A stretch of 64,000 bases of DNA. It comes from Folioceros fuciformis (taxonomy: Eukaryota). Each line of letters begins with the position of its first letter. The stretch's first letter is position 1. Below are positions 39,501 to 55,639 of the stretch, piece by piece. Location: NCBI GenBank assembly GCA_049999805.1, contig JBNGIO010006165.1, positions 86,199 to 150,198 on the forward strand, in the 5' to 3' direction. A program made the translations under genes and the position numbers. A model generated the notes under the pieces. The model was given only the letters and a program-made list of their open reading frames with translations. It had not been told where the DNA came from and did no database searches.

Positions 39501-42500
39501 TGGTGAAGTTAAAGACGCCGTTTCTCTTTTTGCAACTTTACTTTGAACTAAGGGCCTCGGTTATCTAAATTTTTCTATGTTCATGTAAGCATAACCAGCT
39601 GGATGAGTTGAAGGAGGCGTTTGAAGGGTTGCCAGACTTTTTGAATCAGGTAGTTTGTTGGACAAATGCTTGAGACGTATCGTGTTCCGAGTTGCAGCAT
39701 AACTACGTCACCTTATTTCAACCTAAACCAAACCACCATCACAAGTGCCTCTGACTTTTATGTAGGTGGCTGACGCCGAGATTGGCCGGCTGCAAAGTCA
39801 GGCTCAACAACCGGGGGAAGCTTGCATTGTATACATCCCGCAAGTTGGTGAGCAGTAACTTTTTGGCTTAATCAGATCACATTGGGAACTAGTTTATCCG
39901 GAAAGTCACTCCTTGTTTGTAGGTTACTTAATGCACTTCACCAAGGCAAAACTCAGTCAACATACACTGGAAAAGCTGCCAGATTTTGAGTTTGCGGTAC
40001 GCCACTAGCCAGCACTTAGTTCAAGGTCAGAAACATTAGAGTGCATTTAGGAGCTGCAGGTAACTTTGAAACCAAGCCCACTAAAAGTGTACTCTTACTC
40101 TATTCAAGTTTGAAGGAGGTGAGGATCACGATCGAAGGTTTTTCTATCACACGTCGAAGACACGGCAGCTAGATGATATGCTGGGAGACATTTACCACAA
40201 AATCCTGGGTTTCAAGCCATCTTCTAGTCATCTATCTTAGCAGAGTAATATGAGCTTGTCTTGTGAAACTTGGTTGTCTTTTCTCAGAATTGCTGGTGCT
40301 CCTGGACTGCAGACATGGAGCACGCTATTTTGGAAACGTTGCAGGCGAAAGTAGCTGGTTTTGCCCCATCCTTGAACGAGGCAACAGGCGTTGCAGCCGA
40401 ATTGGACTGGTTCGTAGCTCATCCTCCATGACTCGATGGACACCTTTGCTTACAAGGAAAGCAAAGGAGTCGAGTTGATTGCTCTTTCGTTATGATTTGA
40501 ATCACTACACTGTTCAATGCAGCCTTCTAGCATTGGCTATCAGCGCGGCAGAGTACAAGTGCGTCCGACCTCAGCTTTCGGAAGACAACATCTTGGTTAT
40601 AAAGAGCGGGAGGTTAGCAACTCCTGATAGATTGAAAACTACAAGCGAAAGTTGTCAGAGCGTCTATGTATCCCTGACCTGACAGTGCAATCTCTGGCTC
40701 ACAGACATCTGCTCCAAGAATTGACAGTGGACAGGTTTGTGCCCAACGAAACCGTGGTAGAGGATGGTGAAGACACCGGTAAGGAATTATGTTCTGCCTC
40801 GAATGATTTGATGAGCGCGCTGTGCTAGTTGTGTCTCCACTAGTCCATGAACTGTGTCACGGTCGTCTCACAGGAAGAATTCATGTGATAACCGGCCCCA
40901 ACTGCTCTGGGAAAAGTATCTACTTGAAACAGGTGGGCACAGTGAGCTTTCGCTGTCCGATATTGCCCGAACCAGGGACGTTCACCTGTGTCCCGTCTGC
41001 AGGTGGGAATCATCGTCTTCCTTGCTCATATAGGGAGCTTTGTCCCAGCCGACGAAGCGGTTGTCGGCCTGACGGACAGGTAGTACTCCGAAACGCTGTC
41101 GGACTCCCATTTCTCATCACCCCCACAAAGCCAGTAAGAAAAGAATGCCCTGGTGCAGAATATTTAGTAGAGTGGCTGGCAAGGAAACTGTGCGAATTTC
41201 GCGGTCAGCCTTCATGATTGATCTCCACCAGATTTCGGTCATGCTGAGGTTAGCCCCATGGTATTATCTCTTAAAAGGGAAATGGCAACAGGAAGTGGTT
41301 CCAATTACCATGACTATAGACCCTAATGTGAGTGAATTTGTTCATACCAGGCACGCCACATCAAGATCCTTGTGCCTCTTGGACGAATTTGGGAAAGGCA
41401 CTCTGACAACAGGTTTTTCCTCAAGAAGACACCACTTGCTGAAGCTCCGTGGGAAGGAAATGATGTTTGTTTTGACTGATGGATGCCGTGCAGACGGTAT
41501 CGGACTTCTGTGCGCAACTTTGAAGTATTTTGCTTCTTACGAGCTTCCTCCAAAGGTTGCAAGCTTTAGTCATGTACCGTACATTTAAGGCATCGGCAAA
41601 ATGTTTTGCGTTCGTAACCTGTCACGCATACTGGCAGGTGTTTGCGACAACACATTTTAGCGAGGTGTACGATGCTGGTATTCTGCCAAAGGTAGGACTG
41701 CAACAATACGACGTTACCCTGCATCTCCAGGATTTGAGAGATAATGGGGAGTGACCCTCTATTCTGCAGTCCGAAAGCATTTCCTTCTTCACCATGGGCA
41801 TAGTTGAGCCAGTTCCGTCACCAGTTAATGCTCTGAGCGACGGAGACGTTGTATTTCTGTACCGGTACCTGCGTTAACCTTATGCTTTCCCAACTTTATT
41901 CCGGTTAACCAGCCTCCTTCGCAACCCAAGTTTGAGACCAATTGGTTGAGGCTTCCAAACTTGTGCTGATCCGCTGAGCACCTCCTGCAGGATTCTACCT
42001 GGACATGCAACCCCAAGCTATGGTGAGCCGGCGAGGCTAGTGGGCCTTACCGTCGCTGCCTTTCAGCTTCGTTCTGGAATCGCATCCTCACTAACTGTCA
42101 TCGTTGATGCAGGACTTCACTGCGCCGAGATTGCAGGCAAGTGTTCCCTCCCTGCCGATATTCGTCAACAGCACACACACTCTGCAAACACCATGGAAGG
42201 GCCTTGAACATGAAGTATGTGATGTTCCACAACGTATTTCTGAACCAGCCCTTCAAGTAAAGACGTCACTGTTTCATCTGAGAGCAGGTGTCGGGCATGA
42301 GATACTTCATCGGGCTGGGGAAGTGGTACAGCTGCTGAGAGAGTGCAGACCTATCGAACGTCTTAAGAACGCCCGTACAGATTTCCAGGACCAGCTGTAC
42401 AAGGTGCAGTGAACCCCCGACTCATACCTTAAGAACTCAGCAGATTACAGTAGACTAATTCTGGTTGGTACAGGACTTGGGCCAGAAGCTTCTAGCATTT

Positions 42501-42578
42501 GATGCGGAGACTGGAGATGTCACAGCCTTCTTGAATGACATTTTCTCCGTCTCTAATCAAACTCAACCCCCGACATAG
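36502..42578 (+). CDS. MSH5: Meiotic MutS homolog 5, ~30 short exons
   Basis: IFMAALQQGNRIGISFYN, DALQIFQVDKHPSFMGIGRAKEG, WFLRPILD, ITGPNCSGKSIYLKQV, SAFMIDL, LLDEFGKGT, ATTHF, SYGLHCA. Confidence 0.93.
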
Positions 42579-42733
42579 ACTTAAAACCAACTCAAACCCT
42601 TAGCAACGGGTTATTAGAGGATCGAATATTTCTTCTGTACTTCGCTGCTTCAATGTCGCTCTGTGCATAACGCAGCCCTAACTTGTGGTAAACGCACAAA
42701 TGACCCAACCTACGGGATCGTTGGTAGAAGTCC

Positions 42734-44824
<2,091 letters not shown>

Positions 44825-45210
44825 GAAAGCGACAATATCGGTTCTGTTCTTGCATGCCTTCCTTCCATACGCTGAAATCACTGTGCCCTGAGGATAAAAG
44901 GGCAACCATGTTTCGTCGGTGCCAGACGAGTCGGTTTATGCTCCGCATCTTGTCCCCGTCACAGGACTCTGATTGACGGTTGTATGACCGCGTCCTCCGG
45001 CTTCCCGGCGAGTCCAGTCACCACCGTGGGTTTGAACTCCGCCTTCGTGCCGGGTTACCTTTCTGTGCTGCGTCCGCCTTCGTAGAACTAGAGTGCATTG
45101 ACCTCAGCCGAGCTCACTCGATCATTTTCGCTTCTCCGTTCGCCGCATTGCGTTCCTTCCGAGTACGTCCAGCTGGGAGAGCGAGGCCCGGGTTTCCGCC
45201 GTCTCGCAGC

Positions 45211-48080
45211 ATGAAGGTGGTGGAGAAGCTAGAGGCGGGCGTGGCCAAGGGCCAGGTTGTCTTCTCCTTTGAGTTCTTCCCTCCCAAGACCGAGGATGGA
45301 GTGGACAACCTGTTTGAGAGGATGGACAGGATGGTTGTCCATCAACCCGCCTTCTGCGACATTACGTGGGGCGCTGGCGGATCTACCTCGGATCTCACAC
45401 TCGACATCGCCAACAAGATGCAGAATATGGTGCGCGCTCTTCGTCCTTTCCGCTCTTGGATGTGACCAGCAGTAGCCGCACGAGAGACGGGAGTTTGATT
45501 GAGTGTCTGGGATCTGCAGATCTGCGTGGAAACCATGATGCACCTCACCTGCACCAACATGCCCGTTCACAAGATCGACGAGGCTCTGGAGACCGTGAAG
45601 AAGAACGGCATCCAAAATATCCTGGCTTTGCGTGGTGACCCTCCCCATGGCCAGAAGGAGTTCGTCACAGTGGAAGGCGGTTTTTCTTGTGCTTTGGATC
45701 TGGTATGCTGTGGTCTGGATCGTTTGTCAACTGCTGCGTTGTTACGAGAGGGGGTTGGCAAAGCTTGATTCTGGGGAGGGGGGGGACCGTATTGTTTCTC
45801 AATAGGTGAGACATATTCGAAAGAAGTATGGGGACTATTTTGGCATCACTGTTGCTGGATATCCTGGTACGCGCTCTTGAATCATCGCTCCATCCTTGTA
45901 TGAGCCAGACTGTGATCTCGGGTCGGCGCAGCTCATGGCCATCTCTTGCTTCTTTCCTGTAGAAGCGCACCCTGATGCCATTTTACATGAGTCTGGGGCA
46001 ACCGAGGAGGCCTATAAGAAGGATCTCGCCTACTTGAAAGAGAAGGTTAGCACAACTGCACGAGCTCTTGGGAAAACCTTTCTCCGCACAGGATCAGCTC
46101 GCAAGCCCTTTGCCTAAAAGGGTATGGGTGGGGACATTTGTGCAGGTTGATGCAGGGGGTCAAGTGATCATCACTCAGCTTTTTTACGATACAGATGTCT
46201 TTCTCAAGTTTGCCAATGATTGTCGGGAGATTGGTATCAAGGTGCCAATTGTTCCTGGCATTATGCCTATAAACAACTACAAGGGTTTCCAGCGCATGAC
46301 TGGGTTCTGTAAGACCAAGGTGATAAGACACGTGTCCATGCCTGTTGCTTGTCAGCATGCAGGTTGCACCAGTAAGTAACTGGTGCATCGCTTCAGGTGC
46401 CTGCAGAAATCATGACCGCTCTGGAGCCAATCAAGGATAACGAGGATGCTGTACGAGAATACGGGATCCACCTTGGCACAGAGATGTGTAAGAAGATACT
46501 GGCTCACGGAATCGACTATTTGCATTTGTACTCTTTGAATATGGAGAAGTCTGTACTGGCAATACTTCAGGTACTATGCTGCGCACACCCTACCCTGGAG
46601 TCTGGATGGCTCAGTGCTGATGAATCGCACGCTGTGTAGAACCTGGGCTTGATTGATTTCAGTCAAGTTCGAAGGTCCTTGCCGTGGCGTCCAGCAACCA
46701 ATATCAAGCGACTGGGGGAAGATGTCCGTCCTATTTTCTGGTGCATATCCTTCTCTTTCTCCAGTTTCTTGTTTGGTTCCATGTTTCGATTTGCACCGGT
46801 TACAGTGTCATCAGTGATCCTCTTTTGGTGCTTTGGAGACTCACATTCATTTGTATTCAGGGCAAACCGTCCCAGGAGCTATCTGTCTAGGACAACAGGC
46901 TGGGAAGAGTTTCCTCGTGGGCGCTGGGGTGATTCTCGAAGTCCTGCGTATGGCACTTTGAGTGACTATCAGGTAGGTAACCGGGTGCGCCTGGGTTAGT
47001 AAATGGTGCCAAGGATTCCATGGAGAATCAGGCTAAAGTCAGCATGTCCGAAGCATCCCTTTGTGTGAAGTTTGTTCACAGCTACTTGTCCAACTTGGCA
47101 TGCAGTTTTTGAGGAGACGCTCTCGCAACAAGAAGATTCTCGAGGAATGGGTAGTACCACTCAAGACAGTGGAAGATGTCTACGAGGTCAGCACTTCATA
47201 GAGCAACATTCATTTCAAGTGTTCAAGAAGCCTTTTCTCATCTTTGTTGCTGTACTATAGAGATTTTCAAGTTACTGTGAGGGGAAGCTGAAAAGCATAC
47301 CTTGGTCTGAGCTCGAAGGGCTCCAACCAGAAACTCTCCAAATCAATGATAAACTGGTGAAGATCAACTCGGAGGGCTTCCTCACAATCAACAGCCAGCC
47401 TGCAGTGAACGGAGAAAAGTCGAATTCCCCTACTGTGGGTATGTACGAGTATTAAAGCATTCCAGTATTCCGTTTTTGAGTTCCAAGTTTGATCATTGGT
47501 CGGGGTCCGTGGTTTGTCGTCCTCTCTGACTTCCGATAAACTATTTTCGGTGAAAAGGTTGGGGAGGACCTGGTGGATATGTTTATCAGAAGGCTTATGT
47601 AGAGTTCTTCTGCTCACCCGAGAAATTGGACGTCCTTGTTGAGAAAGCAAAAAGTCTCCCAAGTTTGACATACATTGCTGTTAACTCCAAAGGCGATCTG
47701 CGTTCGAACGTTAGGCCAGGAGACGTGAATGCAGTAACATGGGGAGTGTTTCCTGCAAAGGAGGTTATCCAGCCAACAGTTGTCGATCCTGCCAGCTTTC
47801 TTGTGTGGAAGGATGAAGCGTTTGAAATCTGGGATAAGGAGTGGGCGTCACTGTATCCAGAGGAGGACCCTGCTCGGGGAGTGCTGTCTGAGGTATGTGT
47901 CAGCCGATAGGCGTGATCCGTGGATTTCCTGAAGTTTGTCTGGTGGGTCATCCAAGCCCCCACACTGGCATGATGCCCCGGTTTTTGTCATTGCAGATCC
48001 AGAACTCGTACTTTCTTGTGAGCCTTGTGGAGAACGATTATGTCCAAGGGGACCTGTTTGGGATTCTCAGCAGCGTGTGA
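45211..48080 (+). CDS. MTHFR: Methylenetetrahydrofolate reductase, multi-exon
   Basis: [79 protein letters not shown]. Confidence 0.97.
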
Positions 48081-49312
48081 TAGCGGCACCGCACGCCGGT
48101 CACTTATTATCCACCTGTCTGTTGGAGACTAGCTTAGGAAACGGCAGCAGAAGATTGAGCTCAGCTGATGACTGAGCAGCGCCTATCACACAGCCTTGAT
48201 AGGCTGTCCTGTAGGTCAGGTCCTTGTTGTCCATGAGGCGCAGCGGAAGCCAGAAATTCTGGTCGTCAGATGTGTATGGTCGTCAATTTTGTGAATCGTC
48301 CGTGTCCCAACTTCTCATCACTCAGACTTTAGCTTAGTTCGCTAGGACAATTCTGATGACAATTTTTTGCAGCAGGTATTTGCAGAAACCCGCTTGCTGA
48401 ACACTTGAGTGTAAATACGTACTGGATGTGCGGCTCTCACCGATCATCGACTTGAAGACTGGAGGACTCGTCGCGAATCTTCCTGGGCTTAAGGGAGTGT
48501 GTGAACTTGTCGTCCCCTTCACCGCGCTCATGACCGCACTCAGTAAGCTTGCGTTACCTAGACGTTGGATTACACCAAAGGTGTTCGGTGGCGCAGGTGT
48601 GGAAAACCTCGGAATCAGGCCAATGATTTGCAACACCGTTGACAAGGTTTTGTACTTCTACATCAAAGGCAAGGCAAAGCGAAGGCGACAAGTTCTTCCA
48701 TATTAACAGCAATTTGGGAGACCTGGTCTTCGCAGGCAGAGCAAAGGAGCTCTGCTGTCTGGTACGGTGCGCGGGAAGTCAAATCTCATGCGGTGCAGAG
48801 CAATCGCTGCGCACCTTCCCACGAAATGCTGGCCGTTGTACCAACGGAGCACGTGTGAAATATTTTTTGAAGGGTCTGTTTACGGACCGTTCACTTGGAG
48901 GGAACTTTATCCGCAAACTGCGGTAGCGTCCGTGAGGGTTTGATGCCGTTCATCGTGAAACCAACAACAACCAGCGGACAGCTTTTAACGGGCCAATCGA
49001 GCGATTTCCTCTTCTTCTTCTTTTCTGTCGGCACATTTAAACTAGACATTTTTGTGTATGTTACAAAGCATGAAGTGCAGTACGAAGTTGACAGGACTCA
49101 GGAGGAAGTATCAACCAGCGGAGACCACCAGCCTGATGTACAACACCCTCCCCCCCAATAACCTTAGTCCACGAGGCACTTACAATGCATCCGGCCTCAA
49201 TCCGTCGGCAGCCCGCTTATATCGGGCACGGGGCGGAGTTGTAGAGCACCTTGCGCCAGGCACCTTGAAAAGCAAGTCTGTTCCGTGCCATTATGTATAA
49301 GAATCGGTTATA

Positions 49313-50528
49313 CAATCGACCCTTTGTAAATGTGACCTCCCTAAATATTATACCTTTACAAATATTATATGTATAGATGGGTTTGAGTATTCCCTAGTTG
49401 TGGAGTAAGGTTAAATTTAATTTTTCTATAAATATTATATGTTACTTATTTCATGAGAATAGGCACTCCCAACCGCTATAATCCAATTCTATAAATTTTA
49501 TTTTATATTTTATAATATATATAAATTAATCTTAAAATAACATGAATGTTATAGATATCTAACTTATCCAAGCACAATATGAGGACTTGAACACTTGAGA
49601 TGGGCCCACTTGAAATGAGCCCAAAGAGAAGAGGAAAGAAGCAAGAAAGGGAAAAGGAGGAAAGAGAGAGCAAGGGAGGAGAGAGTAAGAAAGGGAGGAA
49701 AAAGAGAGCAAGGAAGGAGAGAGTAAGAAAGGGAGGAAAGAGAGAGCAAGAGAAGAAGAAAGGATTGACCCTTATTATGTTTGCATAAGAAATTGTTAAT
49801 TACGAGGTAATAAATACATATATTATCTTTTCTACTTTGGATGCAGATGATAAATGCATGTACTATCTTTTCTACTTTGGATACAGATGATATATAGGCT
49901 TTTATTTAACCTACACTCAAAAATAAAGGTATTGATGTTGAAATTCTTCTAAAGAATATTATCAAGTAAGGCCTATTTTGGGTTTTGCTCAAATGGAAGA
50001 TGCTATTAGGTCAAATAGAAGATGCAATTGGGGTCATACGCATATTTGTTTTAGAGCAACAACCAAATGATACCATGTCTACAATTAAGAATTTGCAACA
50101 AATTGAGAAACAAGTTTTAAAGCATGTTAAGTCCTCTTTGAAACAAGTAGAAATAACCCGTTTTTTAGGTCAATTTCAAGTTCATTTCTTATTTTATTTA
50201 TGATAATTTATAATATTATTAAGAATTATAATANNNNNNNNNNNNNNNNNNNNNNNNNNNNNNNNNNNNNNNNNNNNNNNNNNNNNNNNNNNNNNNNNNN
50301 NNNNNNNNNNNNNNNNNNNNNNNNNNNNNNNNNTTATAATACTCATATTTATTACATATTTAATAAATAAATAATAAATCATAATATAGAAAATATATAT
50401 TATAATTTTCTTATCTTAAATTTAAATATTTTATTTTTGATAAATAGTTGAATTCTCTAATTGTTAGACCTTCCTAAATGTTACCCATGCCCTACTCCCA
50501 GCAGGTAATATTTAGGGAGGGTAGACTG
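49313..50528 (+). mobile_element. Internally deleted pogo/Tigger-like (Tc1/mariner) element
   Basis: TA|CAATCGACCCT... at the left end and ...AGGGAGGGTAGACTG|TA at the right form imperfect TIRs with a TA TSD. Subterminal CCTCCCTAAATATTA repeats. Remnant ..KQVEITRFL resembles a pogo transposase C-terminus. Confidence 0.65.
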
Positions 50529-50714
50529 TAGTTAAGAGGAACCCCTTTTTTGATCCTAGGTGGCCCGGGTTTGGTCTCTTTCCTTCGTCCCTTTCGCCCA
50601 TCTTGCTCTTCATTCGTATTTTGTCTCGCAACATAGACCGAACTTGGGCAGAGCCGCACGTGACCTTGATAGCCTTCTATCTAGTTTTTTTTTCTATTTT
50701 TAATATTTTTAATT

Positions 50715-52086
50715 ATGGATCCTATGTTATATATACTATATGCTTCAAGTAATATTTCAGAGGTCGTATTCATATTCTTTGCACTTCACTGATGTCCACT
50801 ATATGAGATTTGATGACAATGTGATGTAGGTCATGTTCACACTACTTTTGGCAGCTTCAAGTGGTGCTCTTGTGGAGACTTTGGAGACATGCAGAAGTCG
50901 TATTTGGTGGAAGGCTTCATCCTCTACAAGGCTGTGGGAAGAGCTACACATCAAAGCTTGGAACTTGGAAGGTCATGAAAGAAGAGATGAGTATTGGTGG
51001 AGAGAATATCAAATGTTACATTTGCCTTTCATGGTTTTTGTTCAACAAATATAACCTTTCCTAGTACAAACCTCACATAAAACACCAATACCATGTGATA
51101 AAGTTATTGCTTTGGTCTTGTATAGGCTTGGGCGGGGGCTTCTTTCACTCACTGTTGCTTCGAGATATGGTGTTGATAAAGCAACAGTTGTTTAGTATAC
51201 TAAGCTTATTTTTTCCATCTTAAGTGACCTTGCAAAGCTATATTCTTCATTTATTGGCATTCCGTCAGTTCATCAACAAGTTGACATATCAAAAGCATTT
51301 GAGCATTGGACCTTGTTGCCTAACATTGTTGGTGCTATAAATGGATCTCTTATCAAGTTTGCCACCAAACTAGCTGAGTAGTTCACTCCAACAGCCTATC
51401 ACTGCAAACGATACAATATGCATTGCATGGTTGTACAAGTAGTATGTGACAACCAGAAGATGTTCATAAATATATGTGCAAACAGTCCAAAAGGTTCAAA
51501 CGAAGTTGGTATTTTAAGGAATAGTAGCTTGTGGCAACGCCTTATCATGAGACGGATATTTTAAGGGCCAATCATTGAAGTGGAGGAAGTTCCAGTACCA
51601 CCTTACATCATTGGTGACTCCACGTATCCTCTAAGACCTTTTCATTTGAAAGGCTTCAAAATGCCTCTGAACGCATAGCAAAGAGCATTCAACTCTTGGT
51701 TCTCTTCTAGGCGAGTTGTCATAGAGAATTCTTTCTCTTTATCAAAGAATAGGTGGAGAATATTGAAGAACCTCAATGTACATGTAAAATATGTTGTGAA
51801 GACAATAACTGCTTGTTATGTTTTGCACAACTTTTGCATATTGGCAGGTGAGTTACAACCTTCGGAAGTAAGGATGGATGAGTATCCTCTACCACATGAT
51901 GTTTCAATTAACTTGTCAAGTATGGATGAAGATGTTATGAAGAGTATTGCCGAGGCTCAACATAATGCCTTAGTCATGCATTGGCATAGACAAAGACGAG
52001 AGGAATATATCTGCATTTATAATTTTGTGTTTAGGGTTTGGTCTCTTGTCACATGTACAGAAACTCCCCTCAGAACCGAAAGGTGA
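50715..52086 (+). pseudogene. PIF/Harbinger DDE nuclease (HARBI1-like), degenerate
   Basis: KVIALVLYRLG, LPNIVGAINGS, YIIGDSTYPL, RVVIENSF..KNRWRIL, ACYVLHNFC, with multiple stops and frameshifts. Confidence 0.85.
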
Positions 52087-52099
52087 TGGGACTTTGTCG

Positions 52100-55000
52100 T
52101 TTTTTGGGGTGCTTTGATTAATAGAGTGACCCACTACTAATTGGGAGAGGCCTTTTATACCAAAAGTGTCCTTGGCCCATGGCAGTTTCACTCCTCGGCC
52201 TTTGGTTGTTTTTTTTTACTAATAACTGGTCCTTGGACCTTGACACTAGGTGTAGGTCTGAGTTAGTAATCCATGGCATGTGGTGGTTTAGAATAACCAA
52301 GTTATCTATATAAGGAGCAAGGGTGATTTCATTCAACCATCGTTGCTTGTTCGAGTGGGAGGGTGGCTCATTCCCCTATGGTGGTTGAGTATGAAATGTA
52401 TCGATCAGACCTGGCAAAAATAGCACCCCTAGTGGTGGAACTTAGACAAAGAGTGAGTAGCGCATACCATCGGACGTGGAGCACAACCGAGGAAGGAACA
52501 TCCTCTGGCACCACGACCCTCTGTGTTTCAGTAAGAAGGACAGACCGGTGGAAGAGTGGCAAGGGGAAGGTGCAGCGCTATAGTGAGGGTAGCCGCAAGA
52601 CCAGCTTCGAGAGAGGATCGCTAGAGGAAAGCGGGGGCCGGAGGGGCCTATAGTAGAGGCCAGAGGAACGGAGCAGGGGGNNNNNNNNNNNNNNNNNNNN
52701 NNNNNNNNNNNNNNNNNNNNNNNNNNNNNNNNNNNNNNNNNNNNNNNNNNNNNNNNNNNNNNNNNNNNNNNNNNNNNNNNGGGGGGGGGGGGGGGGGGGG
52801 TGCATGCGTGCTTAGGCAATTGAACGGGCGGAATGCGAGCTGTGAGGGAAGGAAACTAGGATTTAGAAAGCGGGGATGACGCCTCAATCCGTGGCAATGA
52901 TCATGACGGCCTAGTGGCCCAACTGGAAGGTTCGGGCCGGTAGTCTTGTGCACGAGTTGGGGCTGGGGTTCATGGAGAAAAAGTGGTGTTACGATAATCT
53001 AGCCCTAGTACAGGAGTGCGGCTAGCACATGAAGGCGAAGACACTAGAAGGAGACTTGAGGCAGAGACCGCAGGACTGGAACCTCGAGCTCCTCCGGGGG
53101 GTGTGTGAACGAGAGGGAGCTGAGCATGGGGGACTAGTGATCAATCTTTAGAGGAAGAAGCCCCTGAAAGCTGTAGTAGCCAGGCTTATGAAGCCTGGAG
53201 CGGTGAGAACTTACATTGGATGGGTTGTTTGGCAGCTGGTTTCAGCACAATTGGTGGGGTTGGCCAAATGGATCCTTTACTTCATGTAGAGCAAGAAGTT
53301 AGACCATATGGCTGACCATTTCCTGGTCTTTCTCCATGAGGTGGTCAGTGGTGCACAGGTGGATTGGAATCAAATCATCTTTGAGCATGCCTATGAAGAG
53401 AAGCAAATTTATTGACATCCTCTCCTCATCCCTCCCTCATCTCGCCCTTCTTGATTCACATTTTTGCGCACGCTAAGTGCTTAACAGAGTTGGAAGTTGT
53501 GTCTTCCTTTCATAGCTAGAAGACAATCAGAGAGGTCAAGGTCTAGAAGGAGGAGCTTAAGCATGTTTCAGGGGAGGAATCCAGCAGTTGGGAGCTTGAA
53601 CCTCCAGAGGACTCCAAGGAGGAGGTCACGAAGGCTAGAAAGAGGAAGAGTCGGGCAATATGGCAGACTGCGGTGCAGAAAGGGAAGACAACTATAGGTG
53701 AATAGGAGGTGATGACCCCGTCCTAGGTCACCATATCCAAGGCAGCCACGGAGTCGTATGAGGGGCAAACAAAAGGGAAAAAATAGACCGACCCAACTGC
53801 GGTGCTGAAGAATGAAACGTATGAGATTAATAAGCAAGTGGCTTGTGAAGAAGGGCTAGTACTGGTGGCGAAGGCTTCCAAGGAGTGGAGGAATATTTTT
53901 GGGGCCAGTCCTTGGAGCCGTCCATCAGAAGCAAGAGCAAAAGGTGTAGCGCTAGTAAGGGAGTGGCTGTGGGAAAGGATGGGCACAGGAACAATCCAAA
54001 TTGATTTGTAGGGGTTGACCTCAGCTATGGCCCAGACCAAGGCGGATCTTCTCAACTAGGTTGCAATAGTGCTCACATGGCTCAGCATGCAAGGGCAACA
54101 GGAGAAGCTGCTAAAGGAAAAATTGGGAGAAGTTGAAGGCAGGGAAAAAGCAGTGTAAGACTATAAGCGGGTGAGTGAGGAGTTGTTGGGCAAGGTGCAA
54201 AAGGAGTTGAAGATGATGGCGGAGCAGTAGGAAGCCCTGGTAAATCAGGTAAAGATGGCCCATGCCACGATTGAGGAGCTCCAAAATAAAGTTTGCCGGG
54301 GCCAGGAGACAACGGTGCAATTGGAGAAATTTAAGAAGCTAGCCGAGAGGTACAAGAGGGAGCAAGATGAGGCTAGGGCTGGAGTGAGGAGTGAGGTAGG
54401 AAGACCGAAGAAGGGGAAGGGTTCAACAACCACAATGGCCGAAGCAGCAACGGTGGTAGACTCGACCACAGTTGCCAAAACAGGAACCGGGGTGGCTGAA
54501 CCAGCCACTGTAGCGGAAGGAGGAACAAAGGTGGCGAAACCAGCCATTGTCGGAGCCATGGCAGAGGAGCATGTAACTCCCTCGGAATGCAGGAGGCAGC
54601 CGCCTCAGGACTATCCATGGGAGGAGAGAGTAAGGACCTCTTTATTCGGGGGACATATTGTGCTGCGAAGTAGGGATGAGGATACCCATGTCCCTGGTTT
54701 CCAATTGTATGGTAAGCGGGTACTCGCTCTAAATGTGTTTGTGGTGGTTGGAGCAGGAGGGGGCAGAAACTACTAGGAGCACATTTTAACAACCACGAGG
54801 TGTTATCAATGGTTCCTATGAATGGGCGTTGAGGCGTACACCTCAGAGGTGAGGCTGGAGAAGATGACGGAAGAGGAGGTACGAGCTTGGGTGGAAGACC
54901 ACATGGTGTGGCTGCCTAGTGATGAGGAGGGGGTTCCTAGGAGGAGAGAGAGAGCAATGGACAATAGAAGTGAAGTGGAGGTGTTATGGGAAGACATGTC

Positions 55001-55500
55001 AAATCAGCGAAGGGGCAGGAGAGCAAGGGGCATGCTAAGGGACCAAAGGCCTAGATAGCCATAGCGGAGACAGGCACGCTAGTCTAGGGAGCATACTAGG
55101 TCAGGTTTTTTTATAAAAAGCTAATAAATGTTGAACCAAAGACTGCTGACTTTAGAAGCATGCTAGGAAAGTATAATCATTCCTTAAGACTATGAAAGGC
55201 TGCGGCAGTAATGGTGCTCCAAGCCAAGATGTATAGGAGACCTTGTCGCGTCTCTCTCTATAGACAATTTCAGGTGTGAGCTTCCTTGTGCTGAATTTGT
55301 GTATTGTGGGTTGGACACAACCGATCAATGAAGGCCTTATTCGGCATGTTGTCCTCTCGTCACAAGAGGACAAGGAAGATATCTGGGTGGTCGAGAGCTG
55401 TGTAACCAAGCTCCACAACCGAGGTGGCTAATGGAAGGGGTGCTTTGCACGTATGAGGAAGAGAAATTTCTGTAAAAGGTTAGGGTGGAAATGCGAAACC
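52100..55500 (+). mobile_element. Unclassified degenerate, GA-rich insert nested between the two Harbinger genes (probable retroelement-derived ORF remnant)
   Basis: Composition shift and long, stop-interrupted Glu/Arg-rich, coiled-coil-like frames. No RT or integrase motif recognised. Boundaries approximate. Confidence 0.35.
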
Positions 55501-55639
55501 CTTGGAAAGCCGAGAGGGAGCGCAACTTCACGAAACTCTTGTGGAGCCGTCTAGCTGTTGTTTTTCCCTTTCTCAAAACATCAGACAATATCAAAGCTAG
55601 CATAAATCAAAAGCTGTGACCGGTGCTGGAACCCTTTTC

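Noticed and set aside
46746-46753. ATATCCTT near an MTHFR donor as a possible U12 site
   Set aside because: The frame (IFW|ANRP) is explained by the ordinary GT-AG junction just upstream.
48334-49300. Short ORFs downstream of MTHFR
   Set aside because: No family motif recognised and frames are not sustained.
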